Below, one piece after another: positions 26,860-39,447 of a DNA stretch of 64,000 nucleotides. The position numbers and the translations under genes were made by a program. This DNA comes from Lama guanicoe (lineage: Eukaryota): the NCBI GenBank assembly GCA_013239625.1, contig MU054400.1, positions 4,279,802 through 4,343,801 on the forward strand, written 5' to 3'. Positions within the stretch are counted from its first letter, which is position 1, and every line of letters begins with the position of its first letter. A model generated the notes under the pieces. The model made no database searches, had not been told where the DNA came from, and saw only the letters and a program-made list of their open reading frames with translations.

Positions 26860-27045
26860 TTAATGCAAAAATTCATGATGTGCAAAGTATCAGAAATTTA
26901 AATAAGGGGCAAGATTAGAGTAAGGTGAGCCATACTAGTGCAGAATTGGATCCCCCAATTTGACATTTTGATATTTTGTGCATCATGAACTATAATTTAT
27001 TAGTATTTATTATTTCACATGAAAACACTATTTCTCTTGATTATA
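26860..27045. mobile_element. Palindromic hAT-Tip100 (ORSL-like) remnant
   Basis: Inverted arms ttcatgatgtgcaaagtatcagaaat (26872-26897) and attttgatattttgtgcatcatgaa (26965-26989). Confidence 0.6.
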
Positions 27046-27485
27046 ATAGAATATTACTCAGCCATAAAAAAGAATGAAATGCTGCCACTTCTGCCATTTG
27101 CAACAACCTGGATGGACCTAGAGGGTATTATGCTTAGTGAAATAAGTCAGACAGAGACAAATACTTCATGTGATCACTTATATGTGGAATCTGAAAAACA
27201 AAACAAAGGAATGTATACAATGAAAGACTTACAGCTACACAGAACAAACTAACGGTTATCAGTAGAAAGAGGGAAAGGAGGAGGGAAGATATGGGGTATA
27301 TAGAACTAAGAGACAAACTACTATGTATAAAAGAAATAAGCAATAAGGATATATTATCCAGGGAAGTATAGTCATTATTCTGTAAGAACTTTAATGGAGT
27401 ATAATCTATAAAAATATTGAATCACTATGTTGAACACCTGAGATTAATAATGTTGTAAGTTAACTTTATCTTTAATTTTTAAAAA
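27046..27485 (+). mobile_element. L1 3' end
   Basis: gaatattactcagccataaaaaagaatgaaa...tggatggacctagagggtattatgcttagtgaaataagtcagacagag. Confidence 0.9.
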
Positions 27486-27904
27486 TCTGATCACTTGTTT
27501 CCACTTGCTCATCCCTGCAGAGGAAATTTCTATTTTACCTCTTTGGAAAACTAAGGAAGATTTTCTTAGGCATTGAGTGCCGTAGGTAAAGAAAGAAAAC
27601 GATCAGATTTTTTTCTAACTTTATTACGCTAATACAGAGTTTCAGAAAATAGGAGGAAACAAGGAAGGAGTTGGAGCCAGAAACAGAAAGAGTTCCTTTT
27701 CCCTGTTTGTCCCTGGTTTCTCAGCTGAGACTGAGGTTCCCACAGGCTTGGTCTCAGGCGTTAAGAAAGCTTTGGGGAGTGAGGATTTCTGGGAATAAAG
27801 GGAGACAAAGAGGGTGGGAGTATACATGCCTGGAGCATCTATAATTGCTTTATTTCTGCAGTGTCATTTTATGATATGATTTTATGATATATGATACTGA
27901 TATG

Positions 27905-28160
27905 ATGATGACAGCAGTGATTTTTGTATTTAAATGTTCATTATTTGTCAGATTCTGTGCTAAGATTAACACCCATTAACTTACTTAATCCCCACGATCT
28001 CCTTATGAAATATTCCTTGTTAACATTCCAACTTGACAAGCAAAGGAAATGAAGCATGGGGATGTTGAGAAACTTGTTCAAAGTGACCTAGCTGGGTCTC
28101 CTGGGGCCGGGGATCAGCCTAGGCAGCCAGATTCTAGAATGCATGCTTTTAGCCATCTGA
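27905..28160 (-). mobile_element. MIR SINE
   Basis: tgtgctaag...cattaacttacttaatccccac...ggaaatgaagc...aacttgttcaaagtgac. Confidence 0.65.
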
Positions 28161-29045
28161 CTCTCTAGACCTACAGGGCAAGTATAATGATAAGTAACTT
28201 TTTAGAGATGGAAGAATTAAGGTGCAGAAAGAATAAATAATTTGCTTAAGATAAACAGTAAAACTGATACTTTAACCTTTGTCTGAAGCTATCTCTAGAT
28301 GATCAAAATCAGACATCTTTAAATTTAAGAGCTAGAAATTGTCTAAGAGATTATACCATTTCAAAGAACAGTTTCTCATTTTACAGATATCTGTAGTCAC
28401 TAAAATCTCTTACCTGAACCAAACAGATGACAGTTCTAAGCAGCAAAGGAACTTTACATCTCAAAGGAGAGTTATTGTTTGAAATATTATTTCTATTTTT
28501 TTTTAAATCAAGACGAGGGATCCAATTCTTGTTGGCAACACAGCTCTTCATAGAAAATTCAAGCGCCTCATTGTTCCTCTGCAGCGAGAAGACGACTTGG
28601 GAAAGGATTCTGCAGACACTGAGCCCATTGTAGGGAGCTGTGGGACCCAGAGATTTTCATGAGAGTGAAAATGCCCTTCGAGATCAAAGCAAATTGTCTT
28701 CTGAGAGGCGTCCAGTGGGCCATCCTCTGAAAAGTGACCCACTGTTCAGCACAGCTCTTTCCAGGACACTGAATTGGAGCCAGCTGGTGCCTGGGACATA
28801 CCTTGTATGTCACCTTCTGATCTCTGTTTGAAGGCCAACTGTATGTGATTAAGTGTAACAGACACAGAGCTTGTGTTAAGCCCAGGATGTAACTTGTTGA
28901 GTGAATAGCAATTGACTTGAAAATTGGACGAATGGATTGAGTTTCTTCTCTCAGTCTCTCTCTGTCTTTCTCTGTCTCTTTTTCTTTTTTTAATAAGGCA
29001 AGATTAAATCCTCACGGCCTAATCAAATCAGTGCTTGCTATTTCT

Positions 29046-29288
29046 TCTTCTTTTTCTTTTTTTAAACTGAAGTATAGTCAGTTATGATGTGTCAATTTCT
29101 GGTGTACAGCTTAATGTCCCAGTCATGCGTATATATACATATATTATTTTTCATTAGAAGTTATTACAAGGTATTGAATGTAGTTCTCTGTGCTATACAG
29201 AAGAAATTTATTTTTTAGCTATTTTCATATATAGTGGTTAACATTTTTGCAAATCTCAAACTCCCAAATTTATCCCTTCCTACCCTCT
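29046..29288 (-). mobile_element. Young 5'-truncated L1 3' end with TSD
   Basis: T-tail then tgaagtatagtcagtt...tttctggtgtacagc; TSD agtgcttgctatttct (29030-29045) / agtgctggctctttct (29289-29304). Confidence 0.9.
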
Positions 29289-29499
29289 AGTGCTGGCTCT
29301 TTCTGAGAAGGATATTCTTGAGGTATTGCACTTTGGGGATACAAACTGGAACTTGAGTAGGATGAAATCTTTACCCAGATATGTACATCACTTAATGAGA
29401 ATGGCAATCAGTGGTGCCAAGTGAAAGCATGCTTAGGTCTTTTGGCATTTCCCTTATAATGACCAAATAATGCAAAGTCTTTTTTTTTTAAATCTCTTG

Positions 29500-29681
29500 C
29501 TATTTCTCAAAATTGCTTGCACATTGGCATCACCTAGAAAACAAAAAAGGAAAAAAAAAACTGGTGCTACTGATACTACCCAACAGATTTTAATTTAATT
29601 GGTACAGGGCGGGGCCTGAGAACAGGGGTTTTCTTAAGCCCCTGGAGCAATTCTAATGGACAGCAAAGTTTGAGAACCACT
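29500..29681. mobile_element. MER5-type hAT-Charlie element
   Basis: tttctcaaa...gcacattggcatcacct...gattttaatttaattggt...ttctaatggacagcaaagtttgagaaccactg. Confidence 0.8.
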
Positions 29682-30204
29682 GGGAACCGCTTTTTAAGCC
29701 CAATCACTCTGATGAGACGCCAGCTGCAAGCATGCTTTACACCAATATGTTTGTGGAGTATAAACATTGCAGTGCAAACTCTTGCACCCAAGAATCCTGG
29801 GCTGCTTGTGGACGATCTTTGGAAAAGTTTGAATTTGTAAACTGATAATGCATATAATTCCATGGGCTCCATCTGGTTCCTGTTATGTTGAGGGAACTAT
29901 ACACATTTGCCTTGCCCCAGGATGAAAAGATAAATAACAGATGTGGATAATTTTTATCATACTTGTAGTGAACAATAATAGAAAAATAAGAAGTGAAGGG
30001 GGTAGCGAGAGAAGTAAAATACATGAAAATAAACCTCGAATTAATTATTCGAGGTTATGTCTTTGGATTGAAGAAAATCCAACTATAGAATAGCTGAGAA
30101 ACAACTGTGTCATACAATTCTCTATTTCTAAGGGAGGCGTTCTCTACAATGACAAGAACTAATATTAAAATTTTGGCTGTTAATAGAATAATCTTAAGTT
30201 GTTG

Positions 30205-30445
30205 ATAATAATGGTAACTAAAATTTATAAACAGTTAACCATGTGCTAAACACTGTTGTAAGCATCTTATGCATATTAACTTATTTAATCCTCATTACAG
30301 CCCTGAGATAAATACCATTTTTGTTCCTATTTTACAGATGAAGAAACTGAAACCAGAGAATTTAAGTCATTTTTTCCCAGGTGACATGGCTACCATGTAG
30401 TGACGCCAAGAACTGAGCCCAAACAGCCCAGTTTCAGATACCACT
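30205..30445 (-). mobile_element. MIR SINE
   Basis: tattaacttatttaatcctcattacagccctgag...cctattttacagatgaagaaactgaa. Confidence 0.85.
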
Positions 30446-30716
30446 CAAAGGTATTCTACAGGTGCTGGTGGTGACCTGGTGACAGCCCCTTCACAGAGGG
30501 AAGACTGGTCCCGTCTACCGAGGTGAGGTCAGTTTCTGGGAGAATGGCTACCAAGTTTTAGGATGGCTGGGAAATCACAAAATAATAACACCAGGCACTG
30601 ATGTTTACTATGTGCCAGGCACTCGGTTAAGTTTGGGTGTGATTCACATCTTCTCTACTTTTTAGCAATGGAATCTTTCACTCCTGATGGTCTCCTTGAG
30701 AAATCAGCACAAAGTA

Positions 30717-30865
30717 GGGTGGGTATAGCTCAATGGAAGAGCACATGCTTAGCATGCACGAGGTCCCGGGTTCAATCCCCAGTACCTCCATCAAAAAAAA
30801 AAAATTTAAAAACAAATGAAAAATACTACTCACAGATCAAAATAAGTCAACCTATTTTTTAAAAG
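30717..30865 (+). mobile_element. tRNA-derived SINE (camelid vic-1 type)
   Basis: gggtatagctcaatgg (A box)...gcttagcatgcacgaggtcccgggttcaatccc (B box)...agtacctcca followed by an A-rich tail. Confidence 0.88.
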
Positions 30866-31057
30866 AAAGTCAACATGTGACTTTTGGCTAACGTACCTTA
30901 GGGAATTTTTTTAAAAAACGTATCTAGCTTATTTTTAAAAGAATTTTTACTATGAAATACAGCATGCATAGTCAATATATATATAAATGCCTCTGTGTGT
31001 ATTTATTCTTAAATAAAATCATTGAACAACCAATGTTAATACATTGGATCAGAAGCA

Positions 31058-31257
31058 CAGGTCAAGCCTAGCCTGCCGTCTATTTTTGTAAATAAAGTTT
31101 TATTGGAACACAGCCATGGCTATTTGTTTACATATTGTCTATGCTGATTTCTTTCTACAACTGTAGATTTGAGCAGCAGTGGCAGAGACCGTATGGCCCA
31201 AAAAGCCAAAAAAAATTTACTTTCTGGCCCTTTATAGAAAACATTCCCTGACTCCTG
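31058..31257. mobile_element. MER58A-like hAT-Charlie element
   Basis: tttttgtaaataaagttttattggaacacagccat...agagaccgtatggccc...tctggccctttatagaaaa. Confidence 0.88.
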
Positions 31258-31269
31258 CCTTGGATACCA

Positions 31270-32960
31270 CTTCCTAATAAAATTTCCTTCTTCCACCTCC
31301 AGGAAGCAACCACTCCTAAATTCTGTATTGATCTTTTTATTAAGAAAGCTAATTGCTTAGTTTTGCCTTTTTTTTGAATCTAACATAAATAAAACCCTGG
31401 CGATAAATTCCTTGGCAACCTGTTCCCATCTCTTAATCATGTGCTTGTGAGATTCATCCATGTTGGATGTGGCTGAGTTTTGGATGTGTTTTGAGGTAGA
31501 GTCTAATTTAATTTTTTTCCACATAGATTGAACCAATTGTATTAACATTATTTGCTTAAAAGTCCATTCTTTTCCTCAATGAACTGTAATAAATCAAAAT
31601 TTTACATATACGTGTTTTTTCCTCCAGTGACACTCCACTGTCTTATTTGATAATTTCATAGTAATTCTTTGTGTCTGTTTATGCAAACATTCACCTCACT
31701 TACAGTTTTCCTTTTCATTCATGGGTGCTTTGGAGAGTCTTGTCCATTTGTGCTTTTCATGTATTTTGGAATGAATTTGTCATGTATCAAAAAAGGAGAC
31801 TAAAATTTTATTGATTCATAGACCAGCTTCCAATCTATAAATGTGATATTTCATTCCTTTGTGGCTTCTTTCAATAAAGTTTCATGATTGTCTCCATAGT
31901 TGTCTTACTATTTCTAAGAGCTATGTTTACAGAGTCTTTGGGATTGTCTATGCAGTATTATTATACGCAAATAAGAATTTTATTTCTTTCTTGACAACCT
32001 TTACTGATTTTATTTATTTTCTTTGCCTTGATGCATTCTTTTAAGATCTTCAGTAACTGCAATAATCTGGCTTTAGGTTTTTTTTTTTTACCTTTTTCAA
32101 CTTTTCCTAATTGGATGTGTTTTTTCTAATTGTTTTGTAATTTGTTTATGAGGTTAAGAAATCTGCTTTAATTTCTAGTTTATTAAGAGATTATTAAAAA
32201 TAAATGAATGTTACACTTTATCAGTTTGACCCTATTATATCTCCTTTGAGATAATTATATGATTTTTTTCTTTTAATTTGTTAAAAAGATTTATCATTTT
32301 GATTGATATTTTAAAATCAGGTTTATGGAGGTATAATTAGTATACAATACAACTCACCATTTTAAAGTGTACGGTTTGATGTGCTTTGGTAAATGTATGC
32401 AAAAAATGCAACAAATAGATTTTATAACGTTTTCTTCCCCACAAACAGCTCCCTCGTGGCCCTTTTTAGTCAATAACCATCCTCACCCAGCTCTCGTAAA
32501 CCACTGATCTGCTTTCTGTTACTGAAGTTTTTTCTTAATTTGATTAGTATTTGAGTGTTAAACCAATCTCGTATTTCTGGGTTGACTTGGTCATGATACC
32601 TTTTATATATATTAATGGATTTAATATGATTGGCCTATAACCTTACTTTCTTGTATTGCCCTTTGCCTACTTGGTGTCAAGGTTTTGCAATGTTCATAAA
32701 GTGAGTTGGGGAAATCATTCTCTTTCTATAGGCTGGAATAATTTATGTATTATTAGAATATTTGTTCTTTGAATACTTAACTAATTTTACCATGAAACCA
32801 TTTAATCCTAGAGACCTTTGAAGGAAGATTTTAAAATATTGATTCAAATCTTCAGTTAGTCTATTTCTGTTAAGTCTAGTTTGTTTTCCTAGTACTATCT
32901 TTTCATTTAAATTTGCAAATCTACTGGTTTAAAGTAGTTCTAATAACTCCACATTACTTT
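31270..32960 (-). mobile_element. Old degraded L1 fragments (L1ME/L1M-like)
   Basis: T-rich antisense L1 patterns such as gagattcatccatgttg, ccattttaaagtgtac and ttcataaagtgagttggggaa. Confidence 0.65.
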
Positions 32961-32967
32961 TTTTAAG

Positions 32968-33328
32968 ACACTTTTTTTTTTCTTTTGGAGAAGCAAAATT
33001 GAAAGGAAGGTACCATTTTCCCAGTATCCCCTGCCTCCACACGTGCATGACCTCCTCCATTATCATCATCCTGCACCCGAAGGGTACACTTGTTACAACT
33101 GATAAACCCACACTGACACATCACCATCACCCAAAGTCCGTCATTTACATTAGGGTTCACTCAAGGTGGTGTATATTCTGTGAGTTGGACAAATGTCTAA
33201 TGACATACATCCACCATTACAGTATCATACGGAGTATTTACACTGCCCTAAAAATCTTCTGTGCTCCACCTATTCATTCATTCCCACCATCTGCTCCTGG
33301 TAACCACTAATCATTTTACTCTCTCTAT
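32968..33328 (-). mobile_element. L1MC1/2-like 3' UTR, left part
   Basis: gtacacttgttacaactgataaacccacactgacacatcaccatcacccaaagtcc...ctgccctaaaaatcttctgtgctcc. Confidence 0.88.
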
Positions 33329-33634
33329 TTTTTTAATTTTTTGGAATGTTTCTATTTGAGATTTTGGGGGAAAAGATAGCCTTTAAACTGATTCATAGCT
33401 TTGAGAGATTTTTTAAATGTTACATACGTTTGATCCTAACTGGAAATTTTACAAAGCAGTTATTCTCAGTTCAACATTATGCTATTTGGATTATGAATTC
33501 TGTAGGACTAGTTTTTTCTTTTCACTCCTAAAAATTATTACTGTAAATTTCACATGGCTATTAATAGCTCATACATATCATCATATAACCAATGATACTG
33601 TGAAAAGGAGCTCTAATATAGTCCTGAAAATACA

Positions 33635-34080
33635 TTTTTTTTTAATTGAAGTACAGTCAGTTACAATGTGTCAATTTCTGGTGTACAGCCCAGTGTCCCA
33701 GTCATGCATATACATACATATATTCGTTTTCATTTTCTTTCTCATGAAAGGTTATTACAAGATATTGAATATAGTCCCCGGTGCTATGCAGAAGAAACTT
33801 ATAAAATCTATTTTTATATATAGTGGTTAACACTTGCAAATCGCAAACACCCAAATTTCTCCCTTCCCATCCCTTTCCCCAGTAGCCGTAAGATTGTTTA
33901 CTATGTCTGCGAGTCTGTTTCTGTTTTGTAGATGAGTTCACATTGTCCTTTCTCTCTTCTTTTTTTCTTTAGATCCCACATATGACTGCCATCATATGGT
34001 ATTCTTCTTTCTCCTTCTGGCTTACTTCATTTAGAATGATGATCTCTAGTTCCATTCATGTTGCTGCGCATGGCATTATT
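33635..34080 (-). mobile_element. Young L1 3' end (part of a composite insertion, see findings)
   Basis: T-tail then aattgaagtacagtcagttacaatgtgtcaatttctggtgtacagc; same family as 29046-29288. Confidence 0.92.
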
Positions 34081-34950
34081 TTACTCGTCTTTATAGTTTT
34101 ACTTCTTCCAGACTGTCATATGGATGGGATCATAGAGTGTGTAGCCTTTTCAAATTAGCTTCTTTCACTTAGCAATATGCATTTAAGTTTCCTCCATGTC
34201 TTTTTATGGCTTGATAGCTCATTTCTTTTTCGCTCTGAATTAATGCGCCATGGTCTAGAGGTACCTGTTTATTTATTCATTCACCTACCGAAGAACATCT
34301 TAGTTGCTTCTAGGTTTTCGCAATCATTAATAAAGCTGCTACAAACACCTATATGTAGAGTTTTTATGTAGAAATAACTTTTCAGCTCCTTTGGGTAGAT
34401 ACCAAGGAGATGATTCTTGGGTCATATCTGAGTAAGAGCATGATTCATTTTGTAAAAAGCCACCTGTCTTCCAAATTAGCTGCATTATTTTGCATTCCCA
34501 CCAGCAGTGAATGAGTGTTACTGTGTTCTACACACTTGCCAACGTTTGGTGTTGTCAGTGTTCTGGAATTTGGTTATTCTAACAGGTGCGTAGTGGTATC
34601 TTATGATGTCTTAATCTGCATTTCTTTGATGACATGTGATGTGGAACATCTTTTCATAAGCCCATTTGCCGTCTGTGTATCTTCTTTGGTGAGGTGTCCC
34701 TTAAGGTCTTTGGCGCATTTTATAATCGAGTTGTTTGTTTTCTTATTGTTGGATTTTGAAAGTTCTTTGTATGTTTGGGATAGCCCTTTATCAGATATGT
34801 GTTTTGCAAATACTTATTCCCAGTCTGAGGCTTGGCTTTTATTCTCTTGACAATGTTTTGTTTGTTTGTTTGTTTTTGTTTGTCGTTTGTTTGTTTGCAG
34901 AGTAGACATTTTCAATATGTTAATTTTTTTCTTTTGTTGATCATGCCCTA
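34078..34950 (-). mobile_element. L1MC1/2-like element, resumed after the insertion
   Basis: Picks up at atagttttacttcttccagactgtcatat...gtagccttttca, the continuation of the 32968-33328 piece. Confidence 0.88.
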
Positions 34951-35019
34951 TTACATTTTACATTTCATCAGAATGTGAAGTTACATTCCTCTTTCTATCC
35001 TCCTCCCCCCCGGCCCAGA

Positions 35020-37365
35020 TATTTTTTGTTCTTTATTTTTAATTTAATTCCATCGTGGTCAGAGATAATATTCTGTGTGGCTTGCATCCTTTTGTATATG
35101 ATGAGACTTATTTTATGGCACATAAAATGTCCTATTTGGTCATTGTGCTCTGAACACTTGAAAAGAATGTGTTTTCTGCTGTCATTAAGTGTATTGTTCT
35201 ATAAATGTCAATTAAGGCAAGTTAGTTAACACTGATGTTCTTCTCATATCATTACTGGTTTTCTGTCTACTAGCTGTAATCAATTAGTGAAAGAGAGACA
35301 CTGACACCTCCAAGTATAATGGTGAATTTGTTTATTTCTCCTTGTAGTTTTGGTTAGTGCTCGCATGATACGTCTTTTTTCCACCTATTTTCCTGATATA
35401 TCTTTATATTTACATATGCAAGATACACATATTGTATTATATATAACTGTATTTTGTATTAGTGTATACTTGGGTCTTGCTTTTTTATCTAATTTGACAA
35501 TCTTTGCTTTTTCATTACTGTATTTGGAGCATTTACATTTAATGTGGTTGTTAATATGGGTTAAATTTAAATCTACCATCTTGCTATTTGATCGATATTT
35601 GTCCTATTCTTTGTTCCCTTTTTCCTCATTTTTTCCTTTCTTTTGCATTTCTATGTTCCATTTGATACTTTCTGTTGACTTAGTCATAATTCTTTGTTTT
35701 GATATTTTAGTGGTTGTTTTAGGGGTTATATTATGCATTTTCAAGTCATCACAGTCTACCTTTTAGTGATGTTTATATATTTACTTTACATATAACAACC
35801 CGTCATTGTATACTTCCATTTCCCCCCCCCAGTAATTAGGCTCTTGTTGCCATATATTTTACTTTCACATATGCTGTAAACCTTACATGATTTTGAAATT
35901 ATTTTTGTTTAAAAAAATGAATGTTTTAAAATTCAACACTCATTTTTTAAAATGATTTTTATTGAAGTGTAGTCAGTTTACAATTTCTGCTGTGCAGCAC
36001 AATTCCTCAGTCATACATGAATATACATATATTCATTTGCATATTCTTTTTCACCGGAAACTACTACAAGATACTGACTATGTTTCCCTGTGCTCTACAG
36101 TATAAACTTGTTGTTTCTTTTCTTTTTTTTCTTTAATAACTTTTTTTATTAATTTATAATCATTTTAAATAAACTTGTTTTTTCTTCATTGTCTTCTCGT
36201 TTGCATGATTTCTAATAAAAAATCTTTTTGAGAATTTATTTTTTACAGATTTTGAGCAATTTTATTATAATACACCTGGTGTGGTTCTCTTTGTTTCTTT
36301 TGCTTAGGGTTCACTGAGATTCTTGGATCTGTGAGTTCATAGTTTTTCATCTATTTTAGAAAATTTTTAGCTATTATTTTGTAAAGAATTGTTTACCCCT
36401 CCCTTTGGAGACTTCAGTTTTGTTCATATTAGGATGTATGATACGGTCTCACACCTCAGTGAAGCTCTGTTTCTTGTTTTGTTGTTTTTTTTTTTGAGAA
36501 ATTGTTCTCCTCTGTCTGTTACTTTCAATTGTGCCTCTTGCTATGTGTTCAAGTTAACCGATCTTTCCTTTCGCAATGCATAATCTTTTGATTGATTTTT
36601 CTCCTGCTTATGGTTAACACTTTCCTGCTTTTCTGCAGGCCTGATAATTTTTGTTTGGATGCCACACATGCTAGATACTTTTGCATTCCTTTAGATGTTC
36701 TTTATCTTTTCTCTGGATGCTACTGAGTTACTTGGAGACAGTTTGATTTTAATATCTGTTAGGAGAGAGCAGAGCAGTGTGCATTCCAGTGCTAATTATT
36801 GCCACTTCTGAAGATTCTACGCAATGCTAGGTGAATTATGTTGTTTTCCTGTCTGGTGGTGGGGACAGGCACTCCTGCCAGTCTTGAGTGCATGCCAGGC
36901 ACAGTTGTACCTGAGTCTTTGGCGGAGAGCTTTCCCCAGCCTTGAGTATTCTCCTCACACACATGCCTGGCTCTCAACTCCACTGAATGCATAGAGGAAA
37001 AAGGCTATGGATCTCTGGAGTCCTCTGTCTCTGCAGCTGTTCTCTCTGTATGCTTCCCAGTAAACTCCAGCCCCCTTAGTCTGTCCAGACATTTAGCTCT
37101 GGCTCTCGGACTTGGGGGCCGTCCTGTGTTCTCCATCCTCATGCTGTGGCCTGGAATCTCTTGCCAGGCAGGAAATCTGGAGCAACCCTAGGCCTTATCT
37201 TATTTCTTCCTTGTCTCTCAGGGATCACTGTCTTTTGTTGCTGACGTCCAGCGTGTTAACAATCATCATTTCATACGTTCTCTCTGTTGTGCCTGTTGTT
37301 TCGGGTGGCATGAGACCCTGTGCCTCATTCTCCATCCTGACCGAGAGTGGAAGCTCAATCTTCTA
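35020..37365 (-). mobile_element. Old L1 ORF/5' region fragments with nested younger L1 ends at 35945-36186
   Basis: Antisense L1 patterns: cacttgaaaagaatgtgttttctgct, gggttcactgagattcttggatctgtg, tctcagggatcactgtctt. Confidence 0.75.
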
Positions 37366-38354
37366 GTTTTTTTTTAAATTAACTTTTTGTTCAGTCTTAC
37401 GAGTTGGAGGCTTGTCAATTTTATGAGGATTTTCAAATAAACTACGTTTGTCTCTCTCAAGCCTCCTTATGGCACATTAGTTCATTCACAAATATGTTAT
37501 TTATATATTTGTTTTCGATGTTACGCTAATTTCCACTCATTTTCATGATCCCCCCTTCTGACTGGCCCAGAAGCTGTACACAGATATAAGTCATAAACTG
37601 GAGGGAATTCCACCCACATCAAACCCTGGGCAAAATGTTCACTCGGCAGACAGTAACTCAGCTCATGTAACAGAAGTAAGCTCATCTACGTGGTTGAGGG
37701 AATTTTTTGCAGCCAATAAAGTACAGCATGATAATGCTAATCAAGCATCCTCACTCCTGAGGAAGTGAAGAGACATGAAAACCCTACCTATCGAGTGCTC
37801 GAAGCGGCAAAAATCCCACACACGGCAAGGAATTGTGTGATGGCGAGGTGTTTGCGTTGACTGGGTCATGGTCAGTCAGAGGGAAATAGAGTTCAGGGAT
37901 GCAGCCCGCTTAGACTCGAGATTGGGAGCTGGTGCATTTACACAGAAAACACCATGCACACCATAGTCTACTGTGTTCGATGCCAGGGGAAGCACACAAG
38001 CCATTGCTCCAGGAATCTAAAAGATAGAGAGTTGGATCATCAGAGGCCAGAGGGATCAAGAAAGTCTTCATTGTGTGAATGGGAATACCTTGAAACTAGT
38101 ACTGAATGGAACATTAATTAACTGAATATTTGAACTTCTTTTGGAACGCTTCTCAAGAAAAGGAACCCTATTCTCACTGGCATGAGCATCTATGCTTTTT
38201 TTCCCTCAGAAAGTTTGGATTCTTTGTCATGGATTTCTATAAGATAGCATTCCTAAGCCCTGTGGTGCTAACACTGTTTCCTAACCCAAATATTGAGTTA
38301 CTACTATTTGTATTTTCAAAAGGCAACATGCTTTCTGCTAACATAATGCTTCTA

Positions 38355-38940
38355 TGTTCATTGCAGCATTAATGACAGCAGCCAAGAGATGGTAGCATCC
38401 AAAGTGTCCACTGATAGATGGATAGATACAGAAGTTATGGTATATACGACACAATGGAATACTACTCAGCCATAAAAAGAACAAAATCTTGCCAACTGCA
38501 ACAACATGGAAGGACCCAGAGGGTGTTATGCCAAGTGAAATAAGTCAGATAGAGAAAGACGAATATCATATGATTTCCTTTATATGTGGAATCTCAAAAA
38601 ACAAAACAAATGAACAAACAAAATGAAATGGACTGCTAGTTACAGAGAACAAGCAGATGTTTGCGAGAGGGGAGGTGGTTAAGGGGTTCAGTGAAACAGG
38701 TGAGGGAGATTAAGAGGTACAAATGTCCAGTTACAAAATAAATGGGTTACAGAGTGGAAGTGTACAGCATGGAGAGTACAGTCAATAATACTGTAATAAC
38801 TTTGTGTGGTGACAGATGGTAGCTAGACTGACCATGGGGAGCGTTTTGTGATGTCAGGAAATACTGAATCACTGTCTTTTACACCTGACACTAACATAGT
38901 GTTGTAGGTCAATTATTCTTGACTAAAACAATTAATTAAA
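38355..38940 (+). mobile_element. L1 3' end
   Basis: tgttcattgcagcatt...caatggaatactactcagccataaaaagaac...gtgaaataagtcagatagagaaagac. Confidence 0.9.
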
Positions 38941-39164
38941 GATAGAAACCTAACCAATAACGGCATATATATACCTGTACATATGTGTGTAATAAAGTTT
39001 ATATATGTATGTAGGTACAGTTAATTTAGAGCAAAGAAAATAGTTAATATATATATATATATATATCTCCTTGTAAATTCACAACTATTTTTCTTCTCCT
39101 AAATTTATCACAATGTTCCCACAATTTAAGAGATACAATTTTAAAGATAGTGTTAACTGACATA

Positions 39165-39447
39165 GGGGAAAACAACTTGTGGTTATCAGGGGAGAAAGGG
39201 GGGTCGGGTGGAGGGATAAATTGGGAGTTTGGGATTTGCAGATACTAACCACTATATATAAAATAGATAAATAGCAAGGTCCCACTGTATAGCACAGGGA
39301 ACTATATTCAATACCTTGTAATGGCCTATAATGAAAAAGAGTATGAAAAGGAATATATATTTGTGTATAAATGAATCATAATGCTGTACACCAGAAATTA
39401 ACACAACATCGTAAACTGACTATACTTGAGTTAAAAATAAATAAATA
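39165..39447 (+). mobile_element. L1 3' end
   Basis: gggataaattgggagtttgggatttgcagata...ctgtatagcacagggaactatattcaata...tgctgtacaccagaaattaacaca. Confidence 0.9.

Noticed and set aside
30717..30790. tRNA-like sequence (also at 55788 and 61288)
   Set aside because: A-rich tails, TSDs and mutual divergence mark these as SINEs, not tRNA genes.
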